Of a stretch of DNA of 64,000 bases, positions 34,060 to 49,859 are shown piece by piece (within the stretch, counting starts at the first letter, position 1; every line of letters begins with the position of its first letter). This DNA comes from the human T2T-CHM13v2.0 reference genome, Homo sapiens, in the NCBI RefSeq assembly GCF_009914755.1, contig NC_060937.1, one strand, 5' to 3'. Under the pieces are notes generated by a model, which saw nothing but the letters and a program-made list of their open reading frames with translations, made no database searches and was not told where the DNA came from. A program made the position numbers and the translations under genes.

Positions 34060-35659
34060 TAACCACTGGCAACTTATAAAGCTGGCTCCACTGAGAGAAT
34101 TCCTTCTAACATCTTGGTGACTAGGCAAACAGACATGATCCTGGTCTTTTTTGAAGGGTATATGATTGACACTGCCAAGGAAAACAGTTAACAGGAGACA
34201 CTAACTTAGAAGAAATAAAACCTGTTATTTTGGAGGGTACTATGAGTAAACAAAGGAGCGTTAAAACATATAATATAATGTTGGTGAGGTAATGAATAAA
34301 AATTTATTTATTAAAATATAACATTTCTTCATATAAAAATGTAAATAATGGGGCTTTAATAAAGAACATTTAAAAAGAGTAATGAGCTAGTCAGAAAACA
34401 AAGACTAAGAGGTCAACAACCACCTCAAGCTTTCCCCAAGCTATAAGAAAAACTGCCTGGTGTTTCTGATGAACCAAGTTATTTATGACATTTAAAACGG
34501 TGATATGAGCTATGATCTCTATTTCTGTTAAAAAAATAAAGAAATAAAAAGTCTTTAAAAGGTAGATTGTCATTCATGGATGACTGGAAGTTACATCTGA
34601 GAATCGCTGCCTTTTAAGCCTTATAGTTTAAAAATATTACCTCTGGGTGGTACAGTTTAGGAACAGGCCCTGGGAGAAAGTAATCTCAGGCCTTTGAATT
34701 CTTTCTATCCTATCTACCCTCCCACATAGCTCACTTAGGGTTGAGAGTTGAGTTTCATGTATTTAATTACATGCACCTGGAGGCAGGACACAATGACCCA
34801 CGCTATGATCAAATGGTAATGCTACAAGAGTCACTCATTAAAAAGGCTAAGCATATGTGAGTTTAGCTTTTTCCAAGTAAAGACTAATAAAGTGAATATT
34901 TTATATATTTAATCACACGCTATTATGACACTGATAGGCAAAGAGACATAATTGGTAAGCAATTACATATGTAGCTGGTGTTACTTTCATACATGAAAAT
35001 TATACTTTTACTGCTCCGATCTTCTCACTTTTGGTCCACACGACAGTATCATAAAAAAGCAAGGTTGCAGTGAGGACAACCTAGGTCAAAAGTTGCCAGG
35101 AGGGCAGAGGATTCATGAAAATAGACCCCATGCTTCTGTTGATTGGAGGGAGGTCTTGGTTGAGAGTGAGAGGAAAAAAGACCAGATGCTAAGAGTGAGT
35201 AAAAGGAACATTGTTCCTGTTGAGCCAGGAAGGAACAGGATAGGAATCGAGAAGGGCAATTTTAAAAAGGCAGGGGATGGGCAGTTCTTGTCAGGTGGGT
35301 AGACCTGTGCTTTTGCAGAAGAGGAACCTTAAGCAGGTTTCTTTCGAATACCTTCAAGGGTAACTGAATTTTTTGTTGCTTTCGTCTCCCACTTTTCCTC
35401 ATCCCCTCAAAACATTTGTGGTACCTGAAATTCCTTAAACAGGGAATAAAGTTTTTCATTACGCAATTAGAAACAAAGATTGACCACAAGCAAATCAGCT
35501 GGCAGAGGTGACATGAAACTTTGCTCACTAAATGTTAATGGCTGATAGTGGATCATTGGCTATTTTGATAGGAAGAGGAAGTAAGAGAATGGGAGGCCCT
35601 GGGATGAGGTGGTTTTCCAGAGAAGGAAAGGAAGCATATTAAATGATAAGAAAAGAAAC

Positions 35660-35890
35660 AGCTCACGGTTATTGAGTATTTATGTGCCAGGCTCTGTTCC
35701 AAGTGCTTTACGTGAATTAACTCTTTCAATTTCGCAGCACCCTGCCTGAGGTAGGTACTATTACTAATCTCATTTTACAGATAAGGAAACAAAGTCATGG
35801 AGAGGTTTGGTAACTTGCCCAAGGACATAGCAGAATGGCCAAGAGTTGATTTCTGGCATTTCTAGCCCAAGAGTCCACACTTTTGGCCAC
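35660..35890 (-). mobile_element. MIR
   Basis: CATTTTACAGATAAGGAAAC...AGAGGTT.GGTAACTTGCCCAAGG. Confidence 0.8.
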
Positions 35891-36756
35891 AGAGTGAAAG
35901 AAAATTGTCTCAGAGAAAAAATGACCCAGGAGACAAACTTCCCTACATACACAATGTCGCCAAAAGTCAGCCTGTTCACTTCTGAGTATTAGGGATAAGG
36001 AGAAGAGGTGTTTTATGGTGCACAGCATTGAGTATCTGCTACTTAAAGGAACATTGGTGCTGGAATGGTTACTATGCTCAGTCTTATGGACCCTTTTGAT
36101 ACATTCTTGGTCTTACATGTGCACCGCTCAACTGCCTGAATTAGTGATCCTGTGGCAGTTGTTTAAACCCTCTGCACCTCTGAGTCCACATTTGGAAACT
36201 GGGTTATTTCCACTTGTCAGCTCCCTGACTCAGAGGAATGCAGGGAGGGCTAATGGGCTGATCTATGCTAAGTGCTCTGGGCCATAAACCAGGACTAACT
36301 GAACTTTCAGAGAACACTATGACTTGGCAGTGGTACTTAAATTGACAGAAGTGGTAGAATATTCTCCTAGCAGCTTCTTTACATGTCTTGGTTCAGCTGC
36401 CTGATCGCCCTTTAGGACAACAGCAGTCGGTCCACTGCGGCTGAATTCCTTGCTAGACTTACACTGTGTTGCTCCAACAGAGGACGACTGTCTGGTAGAC
36501 TTGGGAGATGCCCATATTGTCTGGGACTGTTCAAATTATCCAGAGATAAGAATTCCTAATTCAAAATAAGGATCTTCAAGCCAGGACTTTGAAAGCAACT
36601 GCTTATCAAAAAAAGATGAAAAGAACTGGTCCCACTCCAAGGAAACTTTTAACCTAATAGCAAATATACCTTAGCATTTAATTCAAATGATAGTGTCCTA
36701 ATTGACACCATCAAGGGCAGAACCAATTGCAAAGTTTCTTTAAAAAGTAATGATTT

Positions 36757-37024
36757 GGCCAGGCCCGGTGGCTCAGCACCCACCCAGCACTTTGGGAGGT
36801 CGAGGCGGGTGGATCACAAGGTCAGGAGTTCGAGACCAGCTTGACCAACATGGTGAAACCCCATCTCTACTAAAAATACAAAAATTAGCGGGGCATGGTG
36901 GCATGTGCCTGTAATCCCAGCTATTCAGGAGACTGAGGCAGGAGAATCACTTGAACTCGGGAGGCAGATGTTGCAGTGAGCCAAAATTGTGCCACTGAAC
37001 TCCAGCCTGGGAAAAAAAAAAAAA
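36757..37024 (+). mobile_element. AluSg-like lacking the last ~20 nt before the poly-A
   Basis: CTCCAGCCTGGG|A-tail; TSD AAAAAGTAATGATTT. Confidence 0.9.
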
Positions 37025-37353
37025 GTAATGATTTACAAAGAGATGTGGAAGAAAGGATGCCTGAGACAAAGGGAAGAGGGAGAGAAGCAGTCTCAGCTGT
37101 AGCTATGATTAAGGACCAGTGGACACATAAGGATAAAGCCAGTTTTTTAAAAAGGAAAAATGTGTCTAATTAGTCCACACTCTCATTATCTAATGGATTT
37201 TCCCTCCCATGTGTTTAAGCATAAGAATACGCCACCTATGACTTCAAACAAAACAAACACACTAAAAGCAGAAGGGTGATCACACTATTTTGAACAGATG
37301 CAGTTATTCAACTCAATAATTTATCCTTGAATTCATGTCTTCTCCATCACAGA

Positions 37354-37387
37354 ATCCTATCCTATCCTATCCTATCCTATCCTATCG
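37354..37387. repeat. (ATCCT)n pentanucleotide microsatellite, ~6.5 units
   Basis: Directly visible. Confidence 0.9.
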
Positions 37388-39042
37388 TCAGGCTTCCTCA
37401 GACCTGAGAAAGGAAGCAAGCTTTGTGAGCTAATAAATAAACACGGCCAGTAGGAACCAAGGTGGATGTTCAGGATCAGAAATAGGGTAGATGAAAATAG
37501 TTTATAAAAAAAGAGTTTGAGAGAGGGGGAGGGAAACTGAATAACTAACCGAAAGCAGTAGGTGGTCAACACCATACAGTATGAAGGAACCACGAATACA
37601 AAACAAGGAAAACAAAAGACAGATTTTCAGAGTGCTGCCATGATGCACACAATTTCAAATAAAAGCTATGGTGAGTTTTAGCAAAATTTGGATATAAGAG
37701 ATTTGGTTTTCAGATCCTGAGTCTCCTTTTTTGGCAGTGTTTTCTCATATCTGCGGTCTCTTCTCTTTAAGCACCAGAGGCCCCTCTATTCCTCACCAAG
37801 GAGAAAATATTGATGTAGACTCTTGGTGTGTAAGGCAAGACATAATCTTCCAAGAGTATCTGAAAGCTTCATCTTTATGTGGAAGGAATTTTCAGGTAAA
37901 AAGCTGGTGTGGAATTATACGAACCTTCCTGGTGTCCCTTCTCTCAAACCTCCCTAGAGGCACTTTCTATTTTTACTCTCTCTTCCTTGGTGCCATTTGT
38001 AACAGTGGGTATCTAGTTTACAAGGCACATCTTCACCCTGTCTTTGACTGGATTGAAAGAGGTTCCTTTCTCTAAGAAACAGCAGAATTCATGTAAGGAA
38101 AAGGCTATTTAGGTGAAATCGTGCTATGATATTTTGCTATGTCCAATCTATGATAAGGTCTTTGAAGGCCTATTATTGAGATGTGAAGTGTAAGGAAGCC
38201 AGTAGTCATTGAAAATTGCATTTCACGTAGAAACGTGCATCGCATTTGCTGAGGACATGAGTGCCAGGGCTGGTGCTCTGAGCATGCCAGCGCTTGTTTA
38301 CATGGGGCTGAAGGATGGCTTCCTCACTCGAACTACAAGGGCTGCCCCACCCTGCACTGGACTCAATGGAAGGAAGGGCGGGGTTGGCACAAAAAGTTTT
38401 GACAATACTCCAGTTCTTTGCACCCCAAATATTTACTGAAACAGTCGGATAATTCTTTAGGGAGACCAGGCCTAACACTACAAAAGGTGGCAAAGAGCCA
38501 GGAGGAGAAAAAAATGCTCCCGTTTGGTAAGGTTGTGTTTATTTTTGCCTGTAATAAATGCAGAAACAACAATACAGAAATACAGAAATTGTCCTACACA
38601 CACCCTCTTCAAACTGATCACGCATTTGAAAATTTAGCTTCAGGGAAACCAGCCACTGCAGCTTCTATTCAGGCATTCCTGGTCCTGCAGGCAGCTGTTT
38701 CCTCTGCTTGGAATAGTGTCTCTTCTCACTGAAGCCCACCTTTCTTCTGATTCCTCTGCAGTCTTCTCCACATCCCACTGCCTGTATTAAGCCTCTCCCA
38801 GTTGTCCCAGCCCACAGTAATCTCTCTGTTCTTGGGCCTCCTACAGCACTCACTTGGCAAGTGTGGTGGCATTTATCTGCTTGTCCACTCAGCTCCTCTC
38901 CTTACCACTGGACCTTACACGGAATAGTCAACCTTCACTACATACGCCTACAAACAATGACAAGTTATTATAGTATAGTGGTTTAGGCGCACCATTGTCA
39001 AGTTCATGTTTGTGTGATTTGTAAACTCAAATGAAGAAGTTG

Positions 39043-39363
39043 GGCCAGGCGCGAATGCTCAGGCCTGTAATCCCAGCATTTTGGGAGGCCGAGGTGGGTG
39101 GATCACAAGAGGTCAGGAGTTCAAGGCCAGCCTGGCCAACATGATGAAACCCCATCTCTACCAAAAGTACAAAAAATTAGCCAGGCATAGTGGTGGGCAC
39201 CTGTAATCCCAGCTACTCGGGAGGCTGAGACACGAGAATCACTTGAACCTGAGAGGCAGAGGTTGCAGTGAGCCAAGATCACACCACTTTACTCCAGCCT
39301 GGGTGACAGAGCGAGATTCCATCACTCACAAACACACACACACACACCCATAAAAAAAAAAAA
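39043..39363 (+). mobile_element. AluS with (CA)n in the tail
   Basis: Dimer with short TSD AAGTT. Confidence 0.9.
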
Positions 39364-39459
39364 GTTTTCCTTTGTTACTTTTGAAATGTAGTAAATCCCT
39401 AATGTGTAATCATTTTCAAACATCATGGATTTTGTTAGGAGGCATAAGAAACAGCACGT

Positions 39460-39842
<383 letters not shown>

Positions 39843-39899
39843 TCACACAGTGCGAGCCCCATTGGTGTGCTTTACGTGGTCTGCTTCACTTGGGATTTT

Positions 39900-40022
39900 C
39901 TTGTGTTTGTTTGTTTTTTTGTTGTTGTTGTTGTTTTTTTGTTTTTTTTTTTGTAGAGACAAGGTGTTGCTATGTTTTGCCCAGGCTGGTCTTGAACACC
40001 TAGCCTTGAGCAATCCTCCCAA
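39900..40022 (-). mobile_element. FLAM/AluJ fragment with (TTG)n tail
   Basis: TGTAGAGACAAGG...GCCCAGGCTGGTCTTGAAC. Confidence 0.8.
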
Positions 40023-40636
40023 GGCCTTCTATCTTGGGTTTAACACTGAAAGTCCTAGGCAACCCCTCAGGCAAACCAGAAAGGGGTCACCCTACCAGGT
40101 GGCCAGTAAGCATCTTGACAAGAAGGAAATAACGTTTTAAGTCATGAACAGAGCCCTCTTTACTTTCTTTCACTTCAAATTCCAGTGCCTCGGCCTCTCC
40201 AAGGACATTCCACTCTCCTATAACAAGCCGAGGAGCAGGCAAAAATGCCCAGGGACTAAGCAGGAGTCCTGGGTTTATTAAACTCTCTCCACTTCAGAAG
40301 CAATGCCAGGCCCATTAGGACAACTGGTGAAGGGAAAAAGCTTAAACATAGTTCTCACAAACAGAAACGAAAGGGAATATTCTGAACTGGAAACAGTGAC
40401 CTTTATGGCATTATTCCAAAAGGAAAGTCAAAGGCAGAGCCTCAGGAAGGCAAATGTCCAGGATCCACAGGAACTCTGACTTATGCGGAACATTCCACAC
40501 GAGGCCTGCTAATTACAGCGCTGGAGCATCTGTTTTGATAATGTTCTTTGAAATCAACTCAACCCTGAGAATGTGTGCAAATAGACGAAAAAGAAGACTG
40601 GACTGTATGACTATGAATACATTTTGGATATTGTAG

Positions 40637-40988
<352 letters not shown>

Positions 40989-41394
40989 ACATATTTTATA
41001 TTGTGTGCATTTCACAGAACAGACACATTTGAAAAAATGAAATGGGCCTGAAATAAGCATAACAATAACAACATCATTAATAATGTCATGCACAAAACTA
41101 ATTAGGGCTATAGAGTTTGTGTAGTAATGGGGATTTTTTTTCCATAATAAAATGATAAAGCTAAGGATTTTAATATGTGTAATGTATAACACAGTAATTC
41201 TGAACAAAAAAGCATAATAGGAATATTGGAAATTCTAATGCTTGTTTCTCTCTATGTAATGCAGGAATAAAACTGAGTTAGTTTATACAGACTTCTGTGA
41301 CCAAGAATGCTCCTGTGTACCCTGGTACAAGTGTAAGTAGGTAACTTGGCTGGGAGTTGAAATTTAGGGGATGTGGTGCAGAGATATAATTTTA

Positions 41395-41409
41395 CCACCA
41401 GGGGGTGTT
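41395..41409 (+). promoter_or_regulatory. Candidate CTCF site
   Basis: CCACCAGGGGGTGTT versus consensus CCACCAGGGGGCGC; TGCAG lies 18 nt upstream. Confidence 0.5.
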
Positions 41410-42888
41410 CTTTCCTCTTCCGGAATGTTGATGAGTTTATGTAATCACAAACTAACCCTAAACCAGCCCCACTAAAAATGGGCCAGGCCAGATCCCAGGA
41501 AATGGGATTAACTTACATCATTCACACAAATTCCCTCTTGCCCTTCCATTTTAGAGACTGTTGAGTTTTCCTTCAGTTGAGAGAATCATGCTGGCAGCAA
41601 GCCAATCTACATGAACTGTCGAAAACAGATTACACCCCTCCTGCTGATCAAAACAGGAGAATGATGACTTAAGAAGTTAGTGCAGGTAGCTATTTCTGAT
41701 TATCCCCGGGGAGCAGGAGTTTCAAGTAAGCAAGAACTCAGCAGTTAGAAAGCAAACATCGAAAGGGTCTGAGGGGTAGAAAAGTCTCCTGCTTGAATTT
41801 TGATCTAAGCTGATTTACAACTGAAAAAGGTTGATGCCTCATTAAAGACCAGAAAAGCCTAGGAAAATTACCAGAGAGATTTTGACAGCTTCCAGAGTCA
41901 GCCAGGGAATCTGTCCCAGTCCATTAGTATAACCAAGTTTAGAAAGCAAGGCCTTGGAGAGGTGCCCCAGGGAGATGCCCAAGGGAGTCCGTCTGAAGCC
42001 AGCCAAATGCTTACTCTTGAAAAAGGAAGACTTTGTCCCCTCTGTCAGCTTAGTGCCAGAAGCTCTGTCAGGGAGAAAGGCTGTGAAGCTAAGAAATATG
42101 GGATATTAGGTCACCTGCTCAACTGAAGCAAGTTCAACAAATTCAAACTTTGAGTCAATACATTATTTCCCCTTTTAATGCCCAAAAGTAATACTTGCTC
42201 ATTGCTAAAACCAACAATACAGAGGCTAAAGTAAAAATCAAAGGACTGTCCTCTCATGACCAGCCCACTCTCCTCAGCCCCACTTACCAGAAATACTCAC
42301 AGTTGAGAATTTGCTTATATTTTTCGGGGTTTCCTTTTTCCCATGCATTATTTCTGCAAAATGGATCAGTCTATCTGTCTGGCTCTCCATCTATTCATTC
42401 TATGCATCTATTAATCACCCATTTGGTTTGGTTTGGTTTTTGCCAAAAAGATATATATATAAAAAATATATATCATATTATATATAATATATATCATATA
42501 ATATATTATATATGATATATATTCTTTTGTGTAAGTTTTTTATTTAATTGAAATGAAACTTCATTTCAATTTAATGAAGCCGACTTTTCCAAATCAGATC
42601 CATTCTTTCTTATAGTGACACAATATTCCATTGTATGGATGGTCCATAACTTTACTAAGCCAGTGCCCTACTGACGAACATTTGTGCTAGTCCCAGTTTC
42701 TTTTTCTATTACAAGAATGCTATAATAAAATTCTTAATTAAAAGATGTGGTTATTAATGGGTGTGTTGTGTTAAGGATCAGACATTGTGCTAAGCCCTCT
42801 ACGGGATATTAGGATGAATAAAATATGTTTCCTGCCATCTTGGAGTTTACTCTTTTGTATGGGAGAACTATAAAAAAAATTGACATTG

Positions 42889-43264
<376 letters not shown>

Positions 43265-43541
43265 CTAAATAGTTGGATTAATTATAACATATCTGCCCAG
43301 GGAGTAGAAAGGAAGGTGCTACCAATTCTGACAGTTGGAATTAGGGAAGATTTCACTGAATTGACTTCATCTCTGTAGGGATTTGCTTTAGTCTGTTTGA
43401 TGTGGGGCAGTTGAGGTGGAAGCTTGTACTCTTAACAAAGTCATCCTGTTCACCATGCACTGAGGCAAGGAGCTCTACAGTTTTTGCTATTTGAATTTCC
43501 TCTAAAAATAATTTCATAAAGATCTGGGAATGATTTGTCCT

Positions 43542-43666
43542 TCTTTTTTCTTTTTTTTGAGATGGAGGTCTCACTATGTTGCCCAGGCTAGTCTCAAACT
43601 CCTGGGCTCAAGCGATCCCTGCCTCAGCCTCCTGTGAGATGACAGGCACATGCCACTGTGCTCGGC
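43542..43666 (-). mobile_element. FLAM-type Alu monomer
   Basis: GGTCTCACTATGTTGCCCAGGC...GGGCTCAAGCGATCC. Confidence 0.82.
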
Positions 43667-44437
43667 TCTTGCTTTGTCTTCTTCTAAACTTGTTTCACTG
43701 AGTTTAGTCTACAGCTTTGTCTGATAATCTTAAAACTCATTACAAATATTCAACATGGCACCGCTCCTTGCTCTGTCCCAAAATGTTCTGGGTAAATGTC
43801 TGATCTCCAAATCAAGTATGCCATAAATTGTTGAATTAGTATTGTTATATCTGGTGTGACTGTCTAGAGAAAGCCATTTTATCAGTACATGGAATCTAAC
43901 AGTATGATTTTGAAAGAAAACATATGAAACAACTCACCTGTGATAGCAAATCTCTTTGAGTCAGAACCTTCCCAGCAATCATGTAAACATACTGGAAGAT
44001 GAGTTTTTATTTTTAAGCAATCTTAATTAGCAGGTCTCTTTCTTATTAACATCTTCAAAGGGCTTTCAGCTCCTCCCTAGATGAAAGGTCCTGTGTAAGG
44101 ACAAATTATTAGTATGCTCACAAAATACACACACTAAATGCAGGAAAAGTGCAAACGGTTTAACTCCACAGCCTGCAATGCTCTTGAGATGCTTTGATCT
44201 GCCAGGATAGCCATCAATTATTCTATATCCTTTACTCTTTAAATGCATGCATCAAAGCATGTTCATGCCCACCCTTGTAAATCCAGTTGTTTATTTCAAA
44301 ATAGTTCTTCTGAATTAACCCTTGTTTCCTTTTTCCTTTGTTGAGAGCTGCTGATTCAGCTTATTGGGGAAAGCGTATATGTAACCTTGGGTTTAGAGTA
44401 GAAAATAATCTTTTTTTGCTCTATAAAGATGTCCATG

Positions 44438-44758
<321 letters not shown>

Positions 44759-44849
44759 TTAATAAAGATTCATTGGTAAACTGGGAAAATATATATAATA
44801 AGTGAAAAAAGCGTGATACAAAAATTTATAGAGTATTATCACAACTGTA

Positions 44850-45045
44850 ATACTAATAATTGCTAACATTAATTAAATACAACAGTGCCAATCACTGACC
44901 TGAATGCTTTACCTGTGTGATATACTTTAATCTTCACAATGAGACGAATATTGTCATCTCTCTTTTACATATAAAGAAACTGAAGCTCAGAAAGTTTAAG
45001 TAACTAGACCATGATCACACAGCCAATCAGTGGTGGAGCTCATGG
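44850..45045 (-). mobile_element. MIR
   Basis: TTTAATCTTCACAA...GAAACTGAAGCTCAGAAAGTTTAAGTAACT. Confidence 0.7.
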
Positions 45046-45636
45046 GGTTCTCTATCTGGTACTGACTGACAACAAAGCTTTGTGATGGTCCTGCTGCCTT
45101 TTAACAGTGAATATACCTAGGCAGAGAGATTTAGGGTGATTTTTCCCCTACTTTTTTACACTTACACTTTTTTTAAGAATAAGCAAAACTAACATACTAA
45201 CTAATGAAGTAATCAAATAAAATTAATAAAGAGGGCTGAGTAGCTCTTTTATTCATGGCATGATAACTTGAGATAAATATAGGTAACATGTCATTAAGCT
45301 CAAAGTTGTCTGGGCCTCTGCTGCCTTATCTTTAAAATGAAAGGGTTGCACCAAGCAATCTCAAAGACACCTTTCAATTTTCATATTACTTTAGTTCATT
45401 GTTTCTGATTATGCTTCAGAGATGGCACTTTTCCTCAGCAATAAGTTGGTTGTAGTTCCCTAAATTTGCTCAAAGAGCGTACCAAAGGAAGAACCAGAGG
45501 ACCGATTGGGATTCATCTTTAACACCACAGAAGAATAAAGACTAGCTTTGTTAATGATGAATCTTGAATAAGTATTAATGTAAAATTGTTACATACTTAT
45601 TAAATTGTAATTGTACATAAATAATAAGCATATAAG

Positions 45637-45890
45637 TTTTTATTGTATATATTTAAGGTTTACATAATGTCTTGATATACATATAGAGAGTGAAAAGGTT
45701 AGTATAGTTAGCAAATTAACCTATCCATCATCTCAGTTATACTTTTTTTGTGTGTGTGGCAAGAGTACCTAAAATCTACTTTTTTAGCAAAAATTATTAA
45801 ATATAGTTCTCATGTTGTACATTCCATCTTTAGATTTGTTCATCCTTCATATCTGCTATTTTGTATCCTTTGTCCTGCAGCTCCCCATTA
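45637..45890 (-). mobile_element. L1MA 3' end fragment
   Basis: TTGTATATATTTAAGGT.TACA...GTGGCAAGAGTACCTAAAATCTAC. Confidence 0.72.
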
Positions 45891-46499
45891 AGCATATTTT
45901 TCTGATCTAATTCCAGAGTGAAAGATAAGTTGTGTTGGATATCAGTGCTAGGTCTTTTTCTGACCAGGGTTTAGTTTGGACATGTCTGGAATGCAAGAAT
46001 GAGAAACCCTTTGAAACTGCATGGAGAGTAGGTGTTTCCAGCTGAGAGGAGCATTTGATCTTTACTTGGAAAAAAAAGTACCTGCACTACAAAGAAAGGT
46101 TGCTTGTCTCCACAGAAGGATGAGTTCCTCCACAGGAAGCATGTGGCACCAACCGTGAAAAAAGAACAGAACTATCTGTCGTGCTATAAATATTAAGATG
46201 TCTGGGAAACATGAAGAATTTTTATTTCTGGCTACATTTATTTATCATTTCTATTTTTGATAATAGACTAGTCTTTATTTGGAACTCTTTCATTCCCAGT
46301 GTTGTATTTTTCAGCACATAACAGGTATCCAATAAATACTAGCTCAATGAAGAAAATATATTAACATTTAAGCTTTAATTAGAAGTACAGCTTTTTTAAG
46401 GTAAGTTTTAGGAACAGTTCTCTTCCTTTGATTAGTATCCAGAATTTCATCTTCTGAAGACCCTAGCATCTTCACATCAACTTTTAAAAACTTTCCATA

Positions 46500-49450
46500 C
46501 CACATAGACCAAAGATTCAAATATAAAAAATGAAATAATTTTTATACTAGATATGGAAGAATTTATTTATCATCTTAAAGTGGGGAAGGGCTTTCTACTA
46601 TTTCTAAAAATCAAGAGCTTACAAATTAAAATGATAAAGTTAGTAAAGTTAATAGAATAATTAAAATCTTTAGTAAAAGCAAAGAACAACAAAACATATG
46701 CACATAATAAGAACAATTAAAAGATTAACAACAAACAAAAAAGGTTTGCCACCCATATCAAGATAAAATAACAATCTACCAATATATGAAGAGTTCCTAG
46801 CAATCAATAAGAAAAGGACTGATAAACAATAGAAAAAGGGCAGAGAAAATGAATTCAGAGTTCACAGAAAAGGAAGCATGTAAGGCTCTTAAACCTAAAA
46901 GCAGATGCTCAACTAAAGTCATAATTAGAGAAACACAGGATATAATTGTACTAAGTTGTTGTGCCCCATGCATCAGATTGCCAAAAATCTACGAATTTCA
47001 TACATACTCTGTAGTCAAGACCTCGGGAAGGGAAGACTGCATTATGAGTGGGAGGGTAAATTGGTACAACCTCTATGGAGGACAATTCAGCAATATCTAT
47101 CAAAATCACAAATCCACGCAGCCAAAGGATGATTTATCCTGAAACTAACAAAGCATAAGCTTCAGGGACCCTCACTTGCACAACCCCTTTTCGAGGCTCT
47201 GGGAGGAGCCCTAATGATTTTTCAATATATTATATGTTTTTGGAATCTTTGCCAATTGAGGGATTTTAGTTACAATTGGTTAAGACCACTGCTCTCTTTC
47301 TACTTGGACATCTCCTCCATCATACTTTCCTTTGTGAAGTGTGGCAATGGAGTGGCATCAGGAACTTTTGGGATCTAGCTAAAGGGAAATTGACTTGGAG
47401 ATTCATTAAGGTTTGGGTTTATTAGGATGAATTTATGTCTTGTGCAATCTCCACATGTATAGCCAGGTTATTGCTAGGTGTCCTGGTGTAGGAATGGTTT
47501 CCAGAAATACTCCTACCACCCACTGTGCTAACCACCTGCCACTCTAACTAGAAGATGCAGAACCAGAGGTCGTATTGAAACATAAACATGTCTTATAACG
47601 CTTGATACCAGAATTATGTAGGTAGTAGAAAAGAAACAAGGCTGGAAATACGTGGAGCCAGAAGCCAGTCTGTGGAAAATTATTTTAATACTAGCCATGT
47701 AAAATAACGAGCAGAATGTTTCATTATTACAGGTGCCGGGTCAAAATGGGTGTTTTAATCTATCAGGAATGTACCTGATGATGCAGCAATTAAAAAACAC
47801 ACCATAGATTCATAGTCTTTTTTTAAAAATGGGAATCACATGAAATAGAATTTCTCAGAATTTCCGGGTTGTAGGATACAAACCTATAGCAGCACTAGAC
47901 ATAGCAAGCATGTCTGTGTGAAACTGAATGCTTAATGCATCACAGCTGTCAATAATAAAAAAAAAGAATTTCAATCAACCATGCTAAAGAGAAGACTGAA
48001 TTCACTTTCTGCTTTCTGTCTTTAAAATGATGTTACAAAACTGTGGTCACATAAGGACGTAATCCAAGTCTGTACAGCAAAAAAAGATAGAGAAAAAAGC
48101 TTTATAAATGTGTGTCAGAGTTAATTAGTAAAAATATTATGTTATTTTTCAAGGTTCTGTGATAGTTATGGTATTTGTTAGCTTTTTAAAATTAGTAATT
48201 TATTGTGATTTCATTTTATTGTTTACATTAGTTATTTGGTTTTGTACCTACTTTAGATTTGATAATTTGTATTCTTTTTGTTTGTTTGTTTCCAAGGAAC
48301 TTACTTAATCAGAACTTCAGAGGGCCCTAGAAAGCTGCATTTTTAAAGAGGACCTCCCCTCTGGATGCCCTTCCCCACTTCCCCTCATTTTAATGAGGAT
48401 TCTAGGTGAATTAAAAGTATGTTTTGGGAAGTAATTTTAACCCTCATTGTGTGTCAGGTTATATATACAGTAATATTAAGTTGTAAATCATGTAATAGAA
48501 GAAAAATTTTTTTATACAAAGTGTTAATAGAGGCCTAAATATAATATGGTTTTTAAAATAAAATAAAATGAATTCATGTGTATATTGTTATAATCATAAA
48601 GATAAGAATGTTAAATTGAAAGCTACACAATGAGAAACATTAATGGCAAATCCAAGTACAAACGAAAATGTTCTCTGAATTCCCAGGTTTCACTGGGCAT
48701 CAAAACCCACCAATATTTCAGTCCTTTTCTTATATATTATTCTGTAACCACATTCTCCACATTTGACTGGATCCCTGGACTTCATGTCATTTTCTGTGTG
48801 ACATTCTCTACAGTTATATGCCATTGGCTGCTGCTTTGGGGTTTGAATGTCCTTCTGGGTGTCCATTGTTAGTCCCTACACAGCATGATGAAATTTCTCA
48901 CTCTTGTATTATTTTTCTTAATGAAGGCTCACAAAATTATAATTGTTCAGGTATACAACCTGGATCAGTATTTGTAATTACCCAAATGCCTCAGAAAAAT
49001 TTCAACCGGGGGAATTTATCTTAGAGTTGTTCTTGTACAGTTATGAAATGGCATGTGTACAAGGTTAGTCACTGCAAAACTGTAACAGAAAAAGGCTGAA
49101 CTCAGTGGGGATCTGGTTAAACAGATCATGGTACATCCTGCATAATGGAATACTGTACAGCTCTGAAAAATGAGGACACAGTCTATATTCTGATATGGAA
49201 AGGGCTACAAGATATATTGCCCAATGAAGAAAAACAAAGCTTAGAACAATGTGTACAGTATGCTACCTTTCATTTTAAAACTAAAGAAGGAAGAATAGAA
49301 ACATTAACTTTTGTTTATTTTTACATAAATAAGTTCTGGAAATGAATACAAGTGATTGTAGGGAGGGGACATTGAGTGGAATGCACTGAGGTGGGAATGA
49401 GATTGTTCACTCTATAGCCCCATACAAGAGATGTATATTCACTATTCAGA
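46500..49450 (+). mobile_element. Old L1ME-type element split by hAT insertion(s)
   Basis: CAATCAATAAGAAAAGGAC...GTAAATTGGTACAACC; resumes near 48975 with GGAATTTATC...ATGGAATACTGTACAGC. Confidence 0.65.
47122..48968 (+). mobile_element. hAT-Tip100 (MER69B-like) fossil with transposase C-terminal remnant, probably interrupted at ~48290-48900
   Basis: AAGCTTCAGGG.CCCTCACTTGCAC start. 47975-48085 translates STMLKRRLNSLSAFCL*NDVTKLWSHKDVIQVCTAKK, resembling the hAT dimerisation domain. Confidence 0.6.
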
Positions 49451-49460
49451 AGTTAAATGA

Positions 49461-49859
<399 letters not shown>

